Positions 1 through 10,950 of a DNA stretch of 64,000 bases are shown here, in pieces. A program made the translations under genes and the position numbers. The notes beneath the pieces are model-generated. The model worked only from the letters and a program-made list of their open reading frames with translations, was not told the DNA's origin and ran no database searches. The DNA lies in assembly GCA_963718615.1 (NCBI GenBank), contig OY970368.1, positions 3,136,001-3,200,000 on the forward strand. Reading direction: 5' to 3'. The stretch is from an uncultured cyanobacterium (lineage in GTDB: Bacteria > Cyanobacteriota > Cyanobacteriia > PCC-9006 > JAAUQQ01). Positions within the stretch are counted from its first letter, which is position 1. Each line of letters starts with the position of its first letter.

Positions 1-46
1 CCGGTAATATTGCTATGAACGTAAAAATTGTTCCCTATTGTTGGCG

Positions 47-328
47 ATGACCATGCTCAACCCCCTTTCCCTCCCCCCCGAGGGCATCCTCAGCAAAGGC
101 AGCTACCACAGCATTCTCAGCATCGGCAGCGTCGGCAGTATCCTCAGCATCGGCAGTGCCGGAAGCATTCTTAGTGTGGGAAGCGTTGGTAGCATTCTTA
201 GCATTTGCAGTGCGGGCAGTATTTTAAGTTTCCTCAGTGCGGGCAGCATTCTGTCTTTGCTGAGCGTCAACAGCATTCTTAGCGTGGTGCGATTTGGTGC
301 GATTTTGAACAGCCGAGTGCAGGAATAA
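47..328 (+). CDS. Small hypothetical protein made of nine 9-aa repeats (SILSxGSxG)
   Basis: ORF 38..328, ATG at 47 or 53. The 27-bp units differ largely at synonymous positions (Ser AGC/AGT/TCT, Leu CTC/CTT/TTA/CTG) while SILS is kept. Confidence 0.7.
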   Translation: MTMLNPLSLPPEGILSKGSYHSILSIGSVGSILSIGSAGSILSVGSVGSILSICSAGSILSFLSAGSILSLLSVNSILSVVRFGAILNSRVQE

Positions 329-571
329 TCCCAGGAATCCTGCTCCCAAGGCGATGACGAGTAAGGGAAGAAGATTAAAATGAATGGCTGATCCCTCGAC
401 ATTGTTCTGCCAGCGCATGAGCTCCAGCAAGCCCCACTGAAGCTTAAAGGAAGGAATCTGAAGCAACAGCAAAATTGCCGGTAGACCGAAAAAGCAGAGG
501 ATGAGTGTCAGAAAAGTCAATACACTAATGTGCAAAAAGCGACCTGCTTGGGATTGGCGATGTTCTTTCAT
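224..571 (-). CDS. Possible small membrane protein with two hydrophobic segments
   Basis: ATG-initiated 115-aa ORF with two TM-like stretches, divergent from the methyltransferase. Its 3' end overlaps the repeat ORF by 105 bp, which lowers confidence. Confidence 0.45.
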   Translation of the reverse strand: MKEHRQSQAGRFLHISVLTFLTLILCFFGLPAILLLLQIPSFKLQWGLLELMRWQNNVEGSAIHFNLLPLLVIALGAGFLGLFLHSAVQNRTKSHHAKNAVDAQQRQNAARTEET

Positions 572-744
572 AGTTGATGAAAAACAACTGCGATCGCCAA
601 CCTAACCAACGCAAACATCTTCGACCTCTGTCTCAAGCCTTCAATCCGGGCGATCGCCCTCTCCGTAACCGTGAGCCATCGGTGCCCGTGCCGAAGCTTG
701 CTAAAATCAAGGCTAAATCATTACAAAACGTAAAGCCTGACGCA

Positions 745-1680
745 ATGGGTGCATCTCTCCTGCTTTTGCTCTTCCTCGCTCTGCCTGCGGCAGGGATTGT
801 TCTCTATTTGCTCAGCGCCCGCCGCTATCAGTCCTCGGACACCGTGGCGGATTCCTACGACCAATGGACCGAAGACGGTATCCTGGAATATTACTGGGGC
901 GAGCATATTCACCTGGGGCACTACGGTTCGCCGCCTCGCCAGAAGGATTTCATCCAGGCCAAATATGACTTTGTTCACGAAATGGTGCGCTGGGGCGGTC
1001 TCGATCGCCTACCCCCAGGGTCCACCCTGATTGATGTCGGCTGCGGCATTGGAGGCAGCACCCGCACCCTCGCCCAGGAATACGGCTTCGACGCCATTGG
1101 CGTCACCATCAGTCCCCAGCAGGTCAAGCGGGCCACGGAACTCACCCCAGCAGGGGTCACAGCGAAGTTTAAGGTCGACGACGCCCTTGCCCTCTCCTTT
1201 GCTGATGCTAGTTTTGATGTAGTCTGGTCCGTGGAAGCCGGTCCCCACATGCCAGACAAAGCCCAGTTTGCGCGGGAGCTCCTGCGAGTGCTGAAGCCCG
1301 GTGGTATTTTGGTTGTGGCGGACTGGAATCAGCGGGACGATCGCCAAGTGCCGCTCAATCTCTGGGAAAAGCCAGTCATGCAGCAACTCTTGGATCAGTG
1401 GGCACACCCGCAATTTTCTAGCATCGAAGGATTCGCCGAACTGCTCGAAGCCACGGGCCTCACCCAAGGCCCAGTAGAAACCGCAGATTGGACCCAGGAA
1501 ACGCTACCTTCCTGGTTCGAGACGATTTGGCAGGGAATTGTACAACCCCAGGGCTGGATGCAGTACGGCGCTTCGGGCTTGATTAAATCTGTGCGTGAGG
1601 TGCCGACGATTTTGCTCATGCGCTTGGCCTTTGGGGCTGGTTTGTGCCGGTTTGGGATGTTTAAGGCCGTGCGGCAGTAA
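745..1680 (+). CDS. MPBQ/MSBQ methyltransferase (tocopherol/plastoquinone pathway, Sll0418-like)
   Basis: N-terminal TM helix, YDQWTEDGILEYYWGEHIHLGHYG, SAM motif IDVGCGIGG, C-terminal LCRFGMF. Likely start is ATG 745. Confidence 0.88.
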   Translation: MGASLLLLLFLALPAAGIVLYLLSARRYQSSDTVADSYDQWTEDGILEYYWGEHIHLGHYGSPPRQKDFIQAKYDFVHEMVRWGGLDRLPPGSTLIDVGCGIGGSTRTLAQEYGFDAIGVTISPQQVKRATELTPAGVTAKFKVDDALALSFADASFDVVWSVEAGPHMPDKAQFARELLRVLKPGGILVVADWNQRDDRQVPLNLWEKPVMQQLLDQWAHPQFSSIEGFAELLEATGLTQGPVETADWTQETLPSWFETIWQGIVQPQGWMQYGASGLIKSVREVPTILLMRLAFGAGLCRFGMFKAVRQ

Positions 1681-1714
1681 ATGGCCAGTAAACGTCTTAG
1701 CGCCCCCTAGACCC

Positions 1715-3346
1715 CTAAAGAGCGATCGGCTCTTGCCCGGAAATGACCGGCGCGATCGATCGCAGCTGCAAATCCTTATGATCCGCCAATAACTGATTGA
1801 CATTCCACTCATTGCGGAACAGCAAAACGGGTCTCCCCCAGCTATCCTTCACCGTCACCGTATTAAACAGACGACCCAACTTTTCCAGGGTTTCCCAGCC
1901 CCCTTCCACCCAGCGAGCCACCTGAAATGGCAAGGGTTCCAAGCGCGTTTCAACGCCGTATTCATTTTCCAACCGAAACTGAACGACCTCTAATTGCAGT
2001 TGGCCAACCGCTGCCAAAATCGGTTCCCGTTTTGATTCATCGACGGAATACATAATCTGTACCGCGCCCTCTTCCCGCAGCTCTGAAACGCCCTTATTAA
2101 AGGACTTAAACTTGGACGGATTAGGATTGCGCAGCGTCGCAAAGATCTCCGGTGAAAAACAGGGGATGCCTTCGTATTCCAGCTTCTTGCCGGTGTAAAT
2201 CGTGTCGCCGATGGCAAACGCCCCTGGGTTATTCAAACCAATCACATCCCCTGGATAGGCTTCTTCCATGGACTCCCGACCTTGGGCAAACAACTTTTGC
2301 GGGCGCGACAGCCGAACCGTTTTGCCCGTGCGAGCATGCTGGACATTCATGTCCTTCTCAAATCGACCGGAACAGACCCGGACAAAGGCGACGCGATCGC
2401 GATGTTTCGGGTCCATATTCGCCTGGAGCTTAAAGACAAACCCCGTAAATTCGGGATAGACCGGCTCAATATCCCCTTTAGTACTGTTGTGGGGGCCGGG
2501 TTTGAGGCCATATTCCAAAAAGGCTTGAAGAAACAACTCCACGCCAAAGTTGGTCATCGCACTGCCAAAGAAGACCGGCGTTTGTGTTCCCCCATGGACT
2601 TTCTCTAGATCAAAGTCCGTTCCCGCTTCATCTAGCAGCTCAATGTCTTCCTTGAGTTGATAGTACAAATCCTGTTCGAGCAACGCCTCAATACGCGGGT
2701 CACTAATGTGAATCACCATTTCCTCCGCTTGGCGCTTACCGTGGGCGCTGCGCTCAAACAGATGGATTTCCTGGGTACGGCGATCGTAAACCCCTTTGAA
2801 GCGATCGCCCGTACCAATCGGCCAGTTGATCGGGTAGGTTTGCAAGCCTAATTCCTGCTCAATTTCATCCAGCAGTTCCAAGGGTTCGCGACCGGGGCGG
2901 TCCATTTTATTGAAAAACGTAAAGATCGGAATCTTCCGCATTTGGCAAACTTCAAACAGCTTGCGGGTCTGGGGTTCTAGACCTTTGGCTGAATCCTCTA
3001 GCATCACAGCATTGTCAGCGGCGGCTAGGGTGCGATAGGTGTCTTCGCTAAAGTCCTGGTGACCAGGGGTGTCCAGCAGATTGATCTGATAGTTTTGGTA
3101 ATCAAACTGGAGCACGGTGGACGTAATCGAAATTCCCCGCTGTTGCTCCATTTCCATCCAGTCGGAGGTGGCTTGACGCTGTGCTCGCTTTGCCTTCACC
3201 GCCCCTGCCTCTTGAATAGCCCCCCCGTAAAGCAGCAGCTTCTCCGTCAACGTCGTTTTACCGGCGTCGGGGTGGGAGATGATCGCAAAATTGCGACGGC
3301 GATCGATTTCTTGTTGCAGTTCAGCGGAGGTCAGGCTTGTGCTCAT
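1715..3346 (-). CDS. prfC: Peptide chain release factor 3
   Basis: [59 protein letters not shown]. Confidence 0.98.
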   Translation of the reverse strand: MSTSLTSAELQQEIDRRRNFAIISHPDAGKTTLTEKLLLYGGAIQEAGAVKAKRAQRQATSDWMEMEQQRGISITSTVLQFDYQNYQINLLDTPGHQDFSEDTYRTLAAADNAVMLEDSAKGLEPQTRKLFEVCQMRKIPIFTFFNKMDRPGREPLELLDEIEQELGLQTYPINWPIGTGDRFKGVYDRRTQEIHLFERSAHGKRQAEEMVIHISDPRIEALLEQDLYYQLKEDIELLDEAGTDFDLEKVHGGTQTPVFFGSAMTNFGVELFLQAFLEYGLKPGPHNSTKGDIEPVYPEFTGFVFKLQANMDPKHRDRVAFVRVCSGRFEKDMNVQHARTGKTVRLSRPQKLFAQGRESMEEAYPGDVIGLNNPGAFAIGDTIYTGKKLEYEGIPCFSPEIFATLRNPNPSKFKSFNKGVSELREEGAVQIMYSVDESKREPILAAVGQLQLEVVQFRLENEYGVETRLEPLPFQVARWVEGGWETLEKLGRLFNTVTVKDSWGRPVLLFRNEWNVNQLLADHKDLQLRSIAPVISGQEPIAL

Positions 3347-3385
3347 TCGGGACGATCAGTGCGAGGATGCGGGTGCTCATCCATT

Positions 3386-4018
3386 TTAGAGGTATGACGA
3401 CCGGCTGTTGGGCAAGGGAACCGGAGAAGTTTGCACTTCGGCCTCACGGGCCTCAATCCGGCGGAGTCGCCGTGCCGGGACCCCGGCCCAAACCTCATTG
3501 GCCGGAATATTGCGGGTCACGACACTGCCTGCCCCAACCACTGCATTGGCCCCAAGGCGACAACCGGGCAATACGGTTACCCCCGCCCCTAGCCAGACGT
3601 TATTCCCCAGATAAACCCCCGTTTTGGTTTCATCCCAGGGCTGATCATGGTAAATCTGATCCGGCTCAATTTGGTGGCTGGAGGCGATGAGCGAGACACC
3701 CTGGGCGATCGCACAGTCTGCCCCGATCCAAATTTCTCCTCCGGCGGCCCGGAGGTTGGCATGGGTGCCGATGATGGTGCGATCGCCAATGTGTAAGCCG
3801 CCGGGGACTGCGCTGTAGGGCGATCGCCGATGGACACAAATCTCTGAAAACGCACCAATCACCACATCTCGCCCAATATCAAACGCGTTGGGAGTGTCGT
3901 ATTGCAACGCCACAGGAAACGCCAAAACCAAACTGGGATGGTGTCGTTGAATTTGGTAGTGTCGGAGCCAAGCATCTAGCAGTTGCTTGGGTGCCCGCAG
4001 GAGCATTCTGACCGTCAT
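3386..4018 (-). CDS. Hexapeptide-repeat O-acyltransferase (LbH; maltose/galactoside acetyltransferase-like)
   Basis: VWLGAGVTVLPG, VVGAGSVVTRNIP, WAGVPAR. Confidence 0.85.
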   Translation of the reverse strand: MTVRMLLRAPKQLLDAWLRHYQIQRHHPSLVLAFPVALQYDTPNAFDIGRDVVIGAFSEICVHRRSPYSAVPGGLHIGDRTIIGTHANLRAAGGEIWIGADCAIAQGVSLIASSHQIEPDQIYHDQPWDETKTGVYLGNNVWLGAGVTVLPGCRLGANAVVGAGSVVTRNIPANEVWAGVPARRLRRIEAREAEVQTSPVPLPNSRSSYL

Positions 4019-4315
4019 CTCTGTGTCAATCCTGCAAAAAGAATTGAAAGGGCTGAAGCGTCATCGGATTACTGTCTGATGAACACCTGATTACCGTCTA
4101 ATTACTGAGTGCTCTTCTTTAAAGAAAGACAGGGAATACACAGACGATCATAGCCCAGGGCTAAAGCCGGACTTTAAAGATTCAATGTTGTGGATATAGG
4201 CTTTTGCAAAAATTTGTCGTCCTCGCTCAAAGGTCTCGCATGTCTAAGGCTATGTATCAATCGTTTCTTCTTCCTTGAGGGTAGAGAAGCTCTAGAGAGA
4301 GTGGTCCAGGCATAG

Positions 4316-4345
4316 AAAAAGCCCTAGTGATGGTCACCAGGGCTT
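4316..4345 (-). terminator. Intrinsic terminator downstream of dnaK
   Basis: Stem AAGCCCT..AGGGCTT with inner GTGA/TCAC pairing, followed by a U-run on the minus strand (AAAAA at 4316-4320). Confidence 0.75.
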
Positions 4346-4348
4346 GAA

Positions 4349-4388
4349 GTATTGCAGCACTGTTATTGCAGCACCGTCATTGCAGGAG
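4349..4388. repeat. Three imperfect 14-bp tandem repeats (core ATTGCAG) between the dnaK stop and its terminator
   Basis: ATTGCAG at 4351, 4365 and 4379. Confidence 0.75.
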
Positions 4389-4392
4389 CAAC

Positions 4393-6294
4393 CTACTTGC
4401 TTTCGGAGAACTCTGCATCAATCACATCATCGCCACCGTCCGAAGGCTCTGCATCCGCAGCACCGCTATCGCTGGGTGCACCAGCGGCGGCATCTTGGCC
4501 GTAGATGCTGCTGCCTACGCTATAGAGCGCCTGCTGGAGGTCATTGATAATCGACTTGATCTTTTCGACGTCCTCGCTGGCCTTGGCTTCTTTCAGTTGG
4601 ACCACGAAGCCTTCGACCTTTTCCTTGGCATCCGCTGGAACTTTGTCGCCCAGTTCCTGAACCTGCTTCTCCGACTGATAGATGATCTGGTCAGCCTGGT
4701 TCATCAAGTCAATCTTCTCGCGACGCTCCCGGTCCGCATCGGCATTGGACTCTGCATCCTTGACCATCTTCTCGACTTCGCTGTCGGAGAGGGTCGAAGC
4801 GCCGGTAATACTGATGGATTGCTCCTTGCCAGTGCCTTTGTCCTTCGCACTCACGGTCAAGATGCCGTTCGCATCAATATCGAAGGTGACCTCGATTTGG
4901 GGGACACCCCGTTGAGCCGGAGGAATGCCATCGAGCCGGAAGGTTCCCAGGCTTTTGTTGTCGCCAGACATTTCCCGTTCCCCTTGGAGAACATGGATTT
5001 CCACGTTGGTCTGACCATCCACCGCCGTGGAGAAGGTTTCAGACTTTTTGGTGGGAATCGTGGTGTTCCGGGGAATCAGCTTAGTCATGACGCCCCCTAG
5101 GGTTTCAACCCCCAGAGATAGGGGAGTCACGTCGAGGAGCAGAATATCCTTGACTTCACCCGCCAAGACACCGGCCTGAATCGCCGCACCAATCGCCACC
5201 ACCTCGTCTGGGTTAACGGTTTGGTTAGGGTCTTTGCCCAATACCTTTTTGACGACTTCCTGGACTGCCGGAATCCGAGTGGAACCCCCCACCAGAACAA
5301 CTTCGTCAATGTTTTCCTTGCTCAGCTTGGCATCCTTGAGCGCTTGCTCAACCGGAATGCGGCAACGATCGATTAAATCAGCACATAGCTCTTCAAACTT
5401 GGCGCGGGTCATCGTGATATCCAGGTGCTTAGGGCCATCCTGGGTTGCCGTGATAAACGGCAGGTTGATTTCTGCTTGGGTCAAGCTTGAGAGCTCAATC
5501 TTGGCCTTTTCTGCCGCTTCCGTCAGGCGTTGGAGCGCTTGGCTGTCCTTGCGCAGGTCAATGCCTTCGTTGCGCATGAATTCTTCCGCGAGGAAGTCGA
5601 CAATTTTCTTGTCGAAATCGTCACCACCCAGGTGGGTATCCCCGGAGGTGGAGAGCACTTCAAACACGCCATCGCCCACTTCCAGGACAGACACGTCGAA
5701 GGTCCCGCCCCCTAAGTCAAATACCAGAATGGTTTCGTTGCTCTTCTTGTCCAGGCCATAGGCCAGCGAAGCAGCGGTGGGCTCGTTGATAATCCGCAGC
5801 ACTTCCAGACCGGCAATCTTACCGGCATCCTTGGTGGCCTGACGCTGGGAGTCATTGAAGTAAGCGGGGACAGTGATGACCGCTTGGGTCACTGGCTGAC
5901 CGAGGTACTTCTCCGCATCGGCTGCCAGCTTCCGCAGCACCTTGGCAGAAATCTCTTCCGGTGCAAACTTTTTGCCTTCCGCCGGGCAGTCCAACCGGAC
6001 GTTGTTCCCGTCGTTTGTGACCTTATAAGCGACTTCGGTGGTTTCGTTATTTACTTCGTCAAACCGACGACCAATAAACCGCTTCACCGAATAAAAGGTG
6101 TTGGTGGGGTTCATCACCGCCTGACGTTTGGCGATTTGCCCCACGCGGGTTTCCTTGGTCTTGGGGTCAAACGCCACCACCGAAGGCGTAGTCCGGAGAC
6201 CCTCGGCGTTGGCAATCACGGTAGGCTTGCCGCCTTCCATTACCGCGACACAGGAGTTGGTAGTTCCTAAATCAATTCCGACGACTTTTCCCAT
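4393..6294 (-). CDS. dnaK: Chaperone DnaK (cyanobacterial DnaK2-type)
   Basis: [38 protein letters not shown]-terminal [10 protein letters not shown]. Confidence 0.98.
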   Translation of the reverse strand: MGKVVGIDLGTTNSCVAVMEGGKPTVIANAEGLRTTPSVVAFDPKTKETRVGQIAKRQAVMNPTNTFYSVKRFIGRRFDEVNNETTEVAYKVTNDGNNVRLDCPAEGKKFAPEEISAKVLRKLAADAEKYLGQPVTQAVITVPAYFNDSQRQATKDAGKIAGLEVLRIINEPTAASLAYGLDKKSNETILVFDLGGGTFDVSVLEVGDGVFEVLSTSGDTHLGGDDFDKKIVDFLAEEFMRNEGIDLRKDSQALQRLTEAAEKAKIELSSLTQAEINLPFITATQDGPKHLDITMTRAKFEELCADLIDRCRIPVEQALKDAKLSKENIDEVVLVGGSTRIPAVQEVVKKVLGKDPNQTVNPDEVVAIGAAIQAGVLAGEVKDILLLDVTPLSLGVETLGGVMTKLIPRNTTIPTKKSETFSTAVDGQTNVEIHVLQGEREMSGDNKSLGTFRLDGIPPAQRGVPQIEVTFDIDANGILTVSAKDKGTGKEQSISITGASTLSDSEVEKMVKDAESNADADRERREKIDLMNQADQIIYQSEKQVQELGDKVPADAKEKVEGFVVQLKEAKASEDVEKIKSIINDLQQALYSVGSSIYGQDAAAGAPSDSGAADAEPSDGGDDVIDAEFSESK

Positions 6295-6530
6295 GGTGGT
6301 TACGTTCGCTTTGCCTCAACTATTGCGTCCAAGTTCAGGCTTGCGATTCCCCAGGAAGCTTGCTTGGCAAGTCTCCCGGCTCTTCCACTGGGCCTGAACA
6401 AAACTCTGTCTTTACAAAAACAGTCTCGTCTATATTCCGGCCTATGTGACTCCCCTAAGAAGGGGAGGTTACCGAACAACAAGGGGTAGGGGCACTAGCT
6501 CTGGGCTTCATGGGCCATCAGGTCCAATCC

Positions 6531-7493
6531 TCAATTCCAATAGGTGAGGGGTTGATTGGGACCGCGATAGCCAATAAACAGCGACATCGAAACGCGGGGC
6601 CCCCCTTCACAAGCACGTACAGCATGGACATGGCCGGAGTCAAAAAGGACGAGGTCACCGCTCTGAGGGGTGAGGATCACATCGGGGTCGGGCAGATTCT
6701 GGCGATCGACAATCCCTTCGTATTGGAATTCGTTGTCGCGGATGGCCTGCTGTTCTTGCAATGAGGGGCTGAGATGCCAGATTTCTAGCTGACCGCCTTG
6801 GTGGGCCGGACGCAAATAGATGTTGGCCGATAGCTGGCGCAGGAGCGATTGATGGTCGTTGAGCGGCGGCAGGGTTGCATCTTGCAGATCGCGAGCCAGA
6901 ATGTCTTGGTGGGGCGGCAGCTCAAAGCCGTTTTCGAAGACGCGGCCAATGCCAGCTAGCATCGGGCGGCCATGGGCGTTTTCGCTACGCACGCCATCGA
7001 GCCAAAGATCTCCTAATTCTAACCGCAGCTTATCCACCGGAGAGAGCAAGGGAGCACAGGCCCCCCGCAGGGCATGGGTCGCGGGCTGAGCCTCGTCGTA
7101 ATAACGCAGCAACTGCTCGGTACTGCCGTTGGTTTCAAAAAAGGTCATGCCGGTACGCCGAACGCCAATGTCTGGGGCACGAAAATAGCGTTCAAACTGG
7201 GCATGGTCGATGAGCTGCTGGCTGAGCCGTTGCGCTTCGACCTGAGGATAGAAATTGGAAATGTGAATCGCTAAGGTCTTGCCTGCAAACAGCTCCCGTA
7301 AATTGTTTAACGTCAGGCGGGAGGCAGTCGTTATCGATTTAACGGATGATTGCTGACAATCATCCGTAGTTATGCTGGGATGAGTAGTCTTAGAGGTGGC
7401 ACTGGGAGAGGCGATCGCCTGCAACTCAAACTCGGACAAACGCTCAGGTAAAGCCTCGGCAATCTGTCCAGAGGGAACGGAAAAAGAAGCCAT
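6531..7493 (-). CDS. 2-oxoglutarate/Fe(II)-dependent oxygenase, substrate unknown
   Basis: HQD...H facial triad (PPHQD; GDLVLFDSGHVHAV), LSANIYL...GGQL strands, distal Arg in PRVS. Confidence 0.78.
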   Translation of the reverse strand: MASFSVPSGQIAEALPERLSEFELQAIASPSATSKTTHPSITTDDCQQSSVKSITTASRLTLNNLRELFAGKTLAIHISNFYPQVEAQRLSQQLIDHAQFERYFRAPDIGVRRTGMTFFETNGSTEQLLRYYDEAQPATHALRGACAPLLSPVDKLRLELGDLWLDGVRSENAHGRPMLAGIGRVFENGFELPPHQDILARDLQDATLPPLNDHQSLLRQLSANIYLRPAHQGGQLEIWHLSPSLQEQQAIRDNEFQYEGIVDRQNLPDPDVILTPQSGDLVLFDSGHVHAVRACEGGPRVSMSLFIGYRGPNQPLTYWN

Positions 7494-7677
7494 GAATATC
7501 GGGTGATGATCCGTGAGGAAAAGCGTCAGAAACCTGACTTGAAGGCGAGGCTACGGCGATCGCCCTCCCCGATCAAGTGGCTTTGACCCCTAGGGTGAGT
7601 CTCCCCTAAGACCTTTGGACCCCAAGGGGATCGTTCCCCATCAACTTGGCTCAAAATCTGCTACTTTTAGAGATTTT

Positions 7678-10600
7678 CTATGATAAAAATTGGTTTTTAT
7701 CTATGTATTCTAGAAAACATTTTTTGTCGGATCCTCGGATTTGGGTCAGAGTTGGGGGACATGCCGGGTCTGGATCCGAGATCTGGCGAATGCATTCGGT
7801 GGCGGCTTGGCCATTGAGCGGTCGACTGAGCCAATAGCCCTGACCAAATTCGCAACCTAGTTCGCGCAGTTTGTCCCGCTGGGGTTCGGTTTCGATGCCT
7901 TCGGCTACGACTTTAGCATTGAGGCCATGGGCTAGGAGGATAATACTGTGGGCGATCGCCTCTTTTTTGCGATCGGTTTCCAGACCATCCACAAAGGCGC
8001 GGTCGATTTTGAGCACATCTAGGGGTAGCTGATGCAACCGACTGAGGGAGGAGTAGCCCGTGCCAAAGTCATCGATGCAGAGCCCTAAACCCAACGCTTT
8101 GAGTTCGTGGAAAATCCGCATGCTGTAATCGGAAGCTTCCAGAAAATTGGTTTCGGTGACCTCTAGCTTGAGGCGATCGCTCGGCAACTGATAGGTACAC
8201 AACAGCTCTTGCATTTGCGCGACGAGGTTTTCCTGCTTGAGTTGCACCACCGAGAGATTCACGCTCATCGTCAGAGCTTGGGCCTGGGCAAACTGCTGCC
8301 GCCAACGCTGCAAGGTCGCCGCCGCTTCCCGAAACACCCACCAGCTTAAGGGTTCGATCAGTCCAGTTTCTTCGGCAATGGGGACAAAGTCCGCCGGGGA
8401 AATCCAGCCGCGCTGGGCATGGTGCCAGCGCAACAGGGCTTCAAAGCCGCTCAGTTGTCCAGTGCCTAGATCAATAATGGGTTGATAGAACAACTGAAGT
8501 TCTTGACGCTGGAGGGCTTGCTGGAGATCATGTTCAAGCTGCAAGCGGGCTAAGGCCCGAGGATGCATGTCTTTTTCAAAGCAAACGTAATGGCCTCCCC
8601 CGGCAGCTTTGGCGCGATACATGGCGATATCTGCATCCCGTAACAGCTCGTCAGAACGCTGATAGTGCGCTTCTCCTAAGGCAATGCCAACGCTGGCTCC
8701 GACGCTAAAGACTTCGTGATCGAGCCAGAGGGGATTTTGCAGCAGGCTGACCAGTCGTTTAGCGATCGCCAGAGCTTCTGAAGCATGGGACAACCCCCGT
8801 AAAAGAATGACAAATTCATCGCCGCCAAACCGTGCCAGAATATCCTGATTCCGAATAGAGGTTTGCAGGCGTTTGGCCACGACTTGCAGAATTTTATCGC
8901 CCACAAGATGCCCCAGACTATCATTAATCACCTTAAACCGATCTAAGTCAATAAACAGCAAGGCAAAATCTCTGGTTCGCTGCTGCTGAGCCGCGATCGC
9001 ACAGTCCAGTTGCTCAGTCAAGTAACTGCGATTATAGAGACCCGTGAGCTTGTCATGCATGGCATCATGGCGAAGCTGCTCTTCGGCACAGCGGCGCATG
9101 GTGACATCTTCGAGCCGACCCTCGTAGTAGAGTAGCTCTCCCTCAGCGTCATACACCGCATGTTGGGTTTCAGAAATCCAAATTTTTTGGCCATTGTACT
9201 GGTAAATCTGGGATTCATAGTCTTCGATTTTGCCGCTGGCTTTTAAGGCTTGCTGAATTTCCTGGTGGCGATCGGGATCGACATAGATGGCCTTACCAAA
9301 GTCGGTGAGCTGATGCATTAAGGCTCCGGCGGAGTCATAGCCTAAAAGCTGAACCAAAAATGGATTCACGCTCAAATAACGGCCTTCGGGCGAGATCTGG
9401 AAAATGCCTTGAGTAATGTTCTCGAAAATGCTGCGGTATTTAGCCTCGCTGTCTCGAATTGTGGCTTCTGCCTGTTTGCGCTCCCGTAAATCGAGATCTA
9501 CGCAGTACATCTCCGGTTGGCCTTGAATATTCTTCAAAATCACATGGCTAGAAAAGACCGGCACGAGATGACCCTCTTTGTGTTGCAAGAACATCTCACT
9601 GGCGGGAATGGCTGGTCCGCCTTGAATCCAAGCATCAATCAGGCTGACGATATAGTCTCGAATGCCAAAGGGAATAATCAAGTCCTCCAGCCGCCGTCCC
9701 ATAATTTCTTCGGCTTTGTAACCATAGAGCTCTTCGCTGGCCCGGTTCCAGAAAATGACGCGTCGTTCCCGGTCATAGCCTTGCACTGGAATTTTGGGAA
9801 TTTCTTCAAACAGCTTGCGAAATCTAGCTTCGCTTTCGAGTAAAATCGTTTCGGTTTGGTGGTGCTCTAGGGCGATCGCCGCCAACGAAACCGCCACATC
9901 CAACAATTGCCAATCCCGTTCCTGGGGCTGACTGGGAACCGTAAAATAACAGGCTAAAATCCCGAGTACCGTTTGTCGAGAAGAGAGAATAGGTAAGGCC
10001 CAAGTCGCGGCAAACTGGTGTTGTTTGGCAAAGGCATGATGGGGCAACCACAGCTCGTCCGTGCTCTTGGAGTGATCCAGATTCTCTAAAATTACAGTGC
10101 CTTTTTGCAGCACCGCTTGCCCCTCCACAGTGGGATGTTCGGTGAGCGAAAGTGCCGTTAACCAATCGAGATAGCTCTGGGGCATTTTGGGCGCGGCAGC
10201 ACAGCAAAGTTTGGGTCCAGCCTCTGTTTCTTCGTCCAGCAAAAAGATTGCACCTTTGAGACCAGGGCGTTGGGACTCGGTCATTTGCACCAGCGTTTGC
10301 AACATCTCCGCCAGGGATTCTTTGCGGGCAAACTGGGAAAAAAATTTCCATTGACGATGTAATAGAGTTTCGCTGTGTTTTCGTTCGCTGATATCTCGTT
10401 CTTCTACTAGCATTAATAATTCTCCTGTGCTCGGATCGGCTAACGGCTGAAGCTTCATTTCATGCCAACGACGTTCAGGCCAAATTAGGCTCTGCACTTG
10501 AACCTCTTCGCAAATTTCAAGATGATCTTCAGGGGGGGCTTGGGCCAGCTTTTGCCGCAGCTCATCTGCGATCGCAGGATTCGGAAAGCACGCAGCAAAA

Positions 10601-10746
10601 TTGTGATCGTGCTCTGCGGCATTTCCGTAGAAGGCGATCGCTGCCGGATTTTGTAATACTGTCTGACCTACAGCGTTGTAGATCGAGACCATAGCGGACA
10701 TTTGTTCGAAAGCAGTTGCGGTTAGCACAGTCATCTTAAAAACCAA
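7678..10746 (-). CDS. PAS-GAF-PAS-PAS-GGDEF-EAL diguanylate cyclase/phosphodiesterase
   Basis: HDKLTGLYNR, DLDRFKVINDSLGH, RNQD I-site plus GGDEF, FEALLRW, DDFGTGYSSL, AEGIET. Confidence 0.93.
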   Translation of the reverse strand: MVFKMTVLTATAFEQMSAMVSIYNAVGQTVLQNPAAIAFYGNAAEHDHNFAACFPNPAIADELRQKLAQAPPEDHLEICEEVQVQSLIWPERRWHEMKLQPLADPSTGELLMLVEERDISERKHSETLLHRQWKFFSQFARKESLAEMLQTLVQMTESQRPGLKGAIFLLDEETEAGPKLCCAAAPKMPQSYLDWLTALSLTEHPTVEGQAVLQKGTVILENLDHSKSTDELWLPHHAFAKQHQFAATWALPILSSRQTVLGILACYFTVPSQPQERDWQLLDVAVSLAAIALEHHQTETILLESEARFRKLFEEIPKIPVQGYDRERRVIFWNRASEELYGYKAEEIMGRRLEDLIIPFGIRDYIVSLIDAWIQGGPAIPASEMFLQHKEGHLVPVFSSHVILKNIQGQPEMYCVDLDLRERKQAEATIRDSEAKYRSIFENITQGIFQISPEGRYLSVNPFLVQLLGYDSAGALMHQLTDFGKAIYVDPDRHQEIQQALKASGKIEDYESQIYQYNGQKIWISETQHAVYDAEGELLYYEGRLEDVTMRRCAEEQLRHDAMHDKLTGLYNRSYLTEQLDCAIAAQQQRTRDFALLFIDLDRFKVINDSLGHLVGDKILQVVAKRLQTSIRNQDILARFGGDEFVILLRGLSHASEALAIAKRLVSLLQNPLWLDHEVFSVGASVGIALGEAHYQRSDELLRDADIAMYRAKAAGGGHYVCFEKDMHPRALARLQLEHDLQQALQRQELQLFYQPIIDLGTGQLSGFEALLRWHHAQRGWISPADFVPIAEETGLIEPLSWWVFREAAATLQRWRQQFAQAQALTMSVNLSVVQLKQENLVAQMQELLCTYQLPSDRLKLEVTETNFLEASDYSMRIFHELKALGLGLCIDDFGTGYSSLSRLHQLPLDVLKIDRAFVDGLETDRKKEAIAHSIILLAHGLNAKVVAEGIETEPQRDKLRELGCEFGQGYWLSRPLNGQAATECIRQISDPDPACPPTLTQIRGSDKKCFLEYIDKNQFLS

Positions 10747-10950
10747 TGCCTGGGTCTATAAGCCTTTCCCTAGCTGGATTGAGGCAGTGGATGCTGGGAA
10801 TAACGGGGCGCGTGGGGCGTAATTCAAGGCTTGAAGCTTTAGCCTCAGCTTCTGCCGCTAGAATGCCCACAGTTCCCAGAACGCTACCGAATATAATCCA
10901 TCAAAACCCACAAAAACGATTCACCTTTCCAGGGGAACCAATAAGCAAAA

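Noticed and set aside
80-300. 27-bp repeats as a CRISPR array or non-coding VNTR
   Set aside because: There are no spacers, the units are contiguous and in frame, and they vary at synonymous codon positions.
4366-5100. 244-aa plus-strand ORF opposite dnaK
   Set aside because: Antisense shadow of a highly conserved gene with no recognisable motifs.
6531-7493. 2OG-Fe(II) halogenase partnering the haloperoxidase theme
   Set aside because: It retains the HxD carboxylate ligand (halogenases have HxG/A) and lies ~40 kb away.
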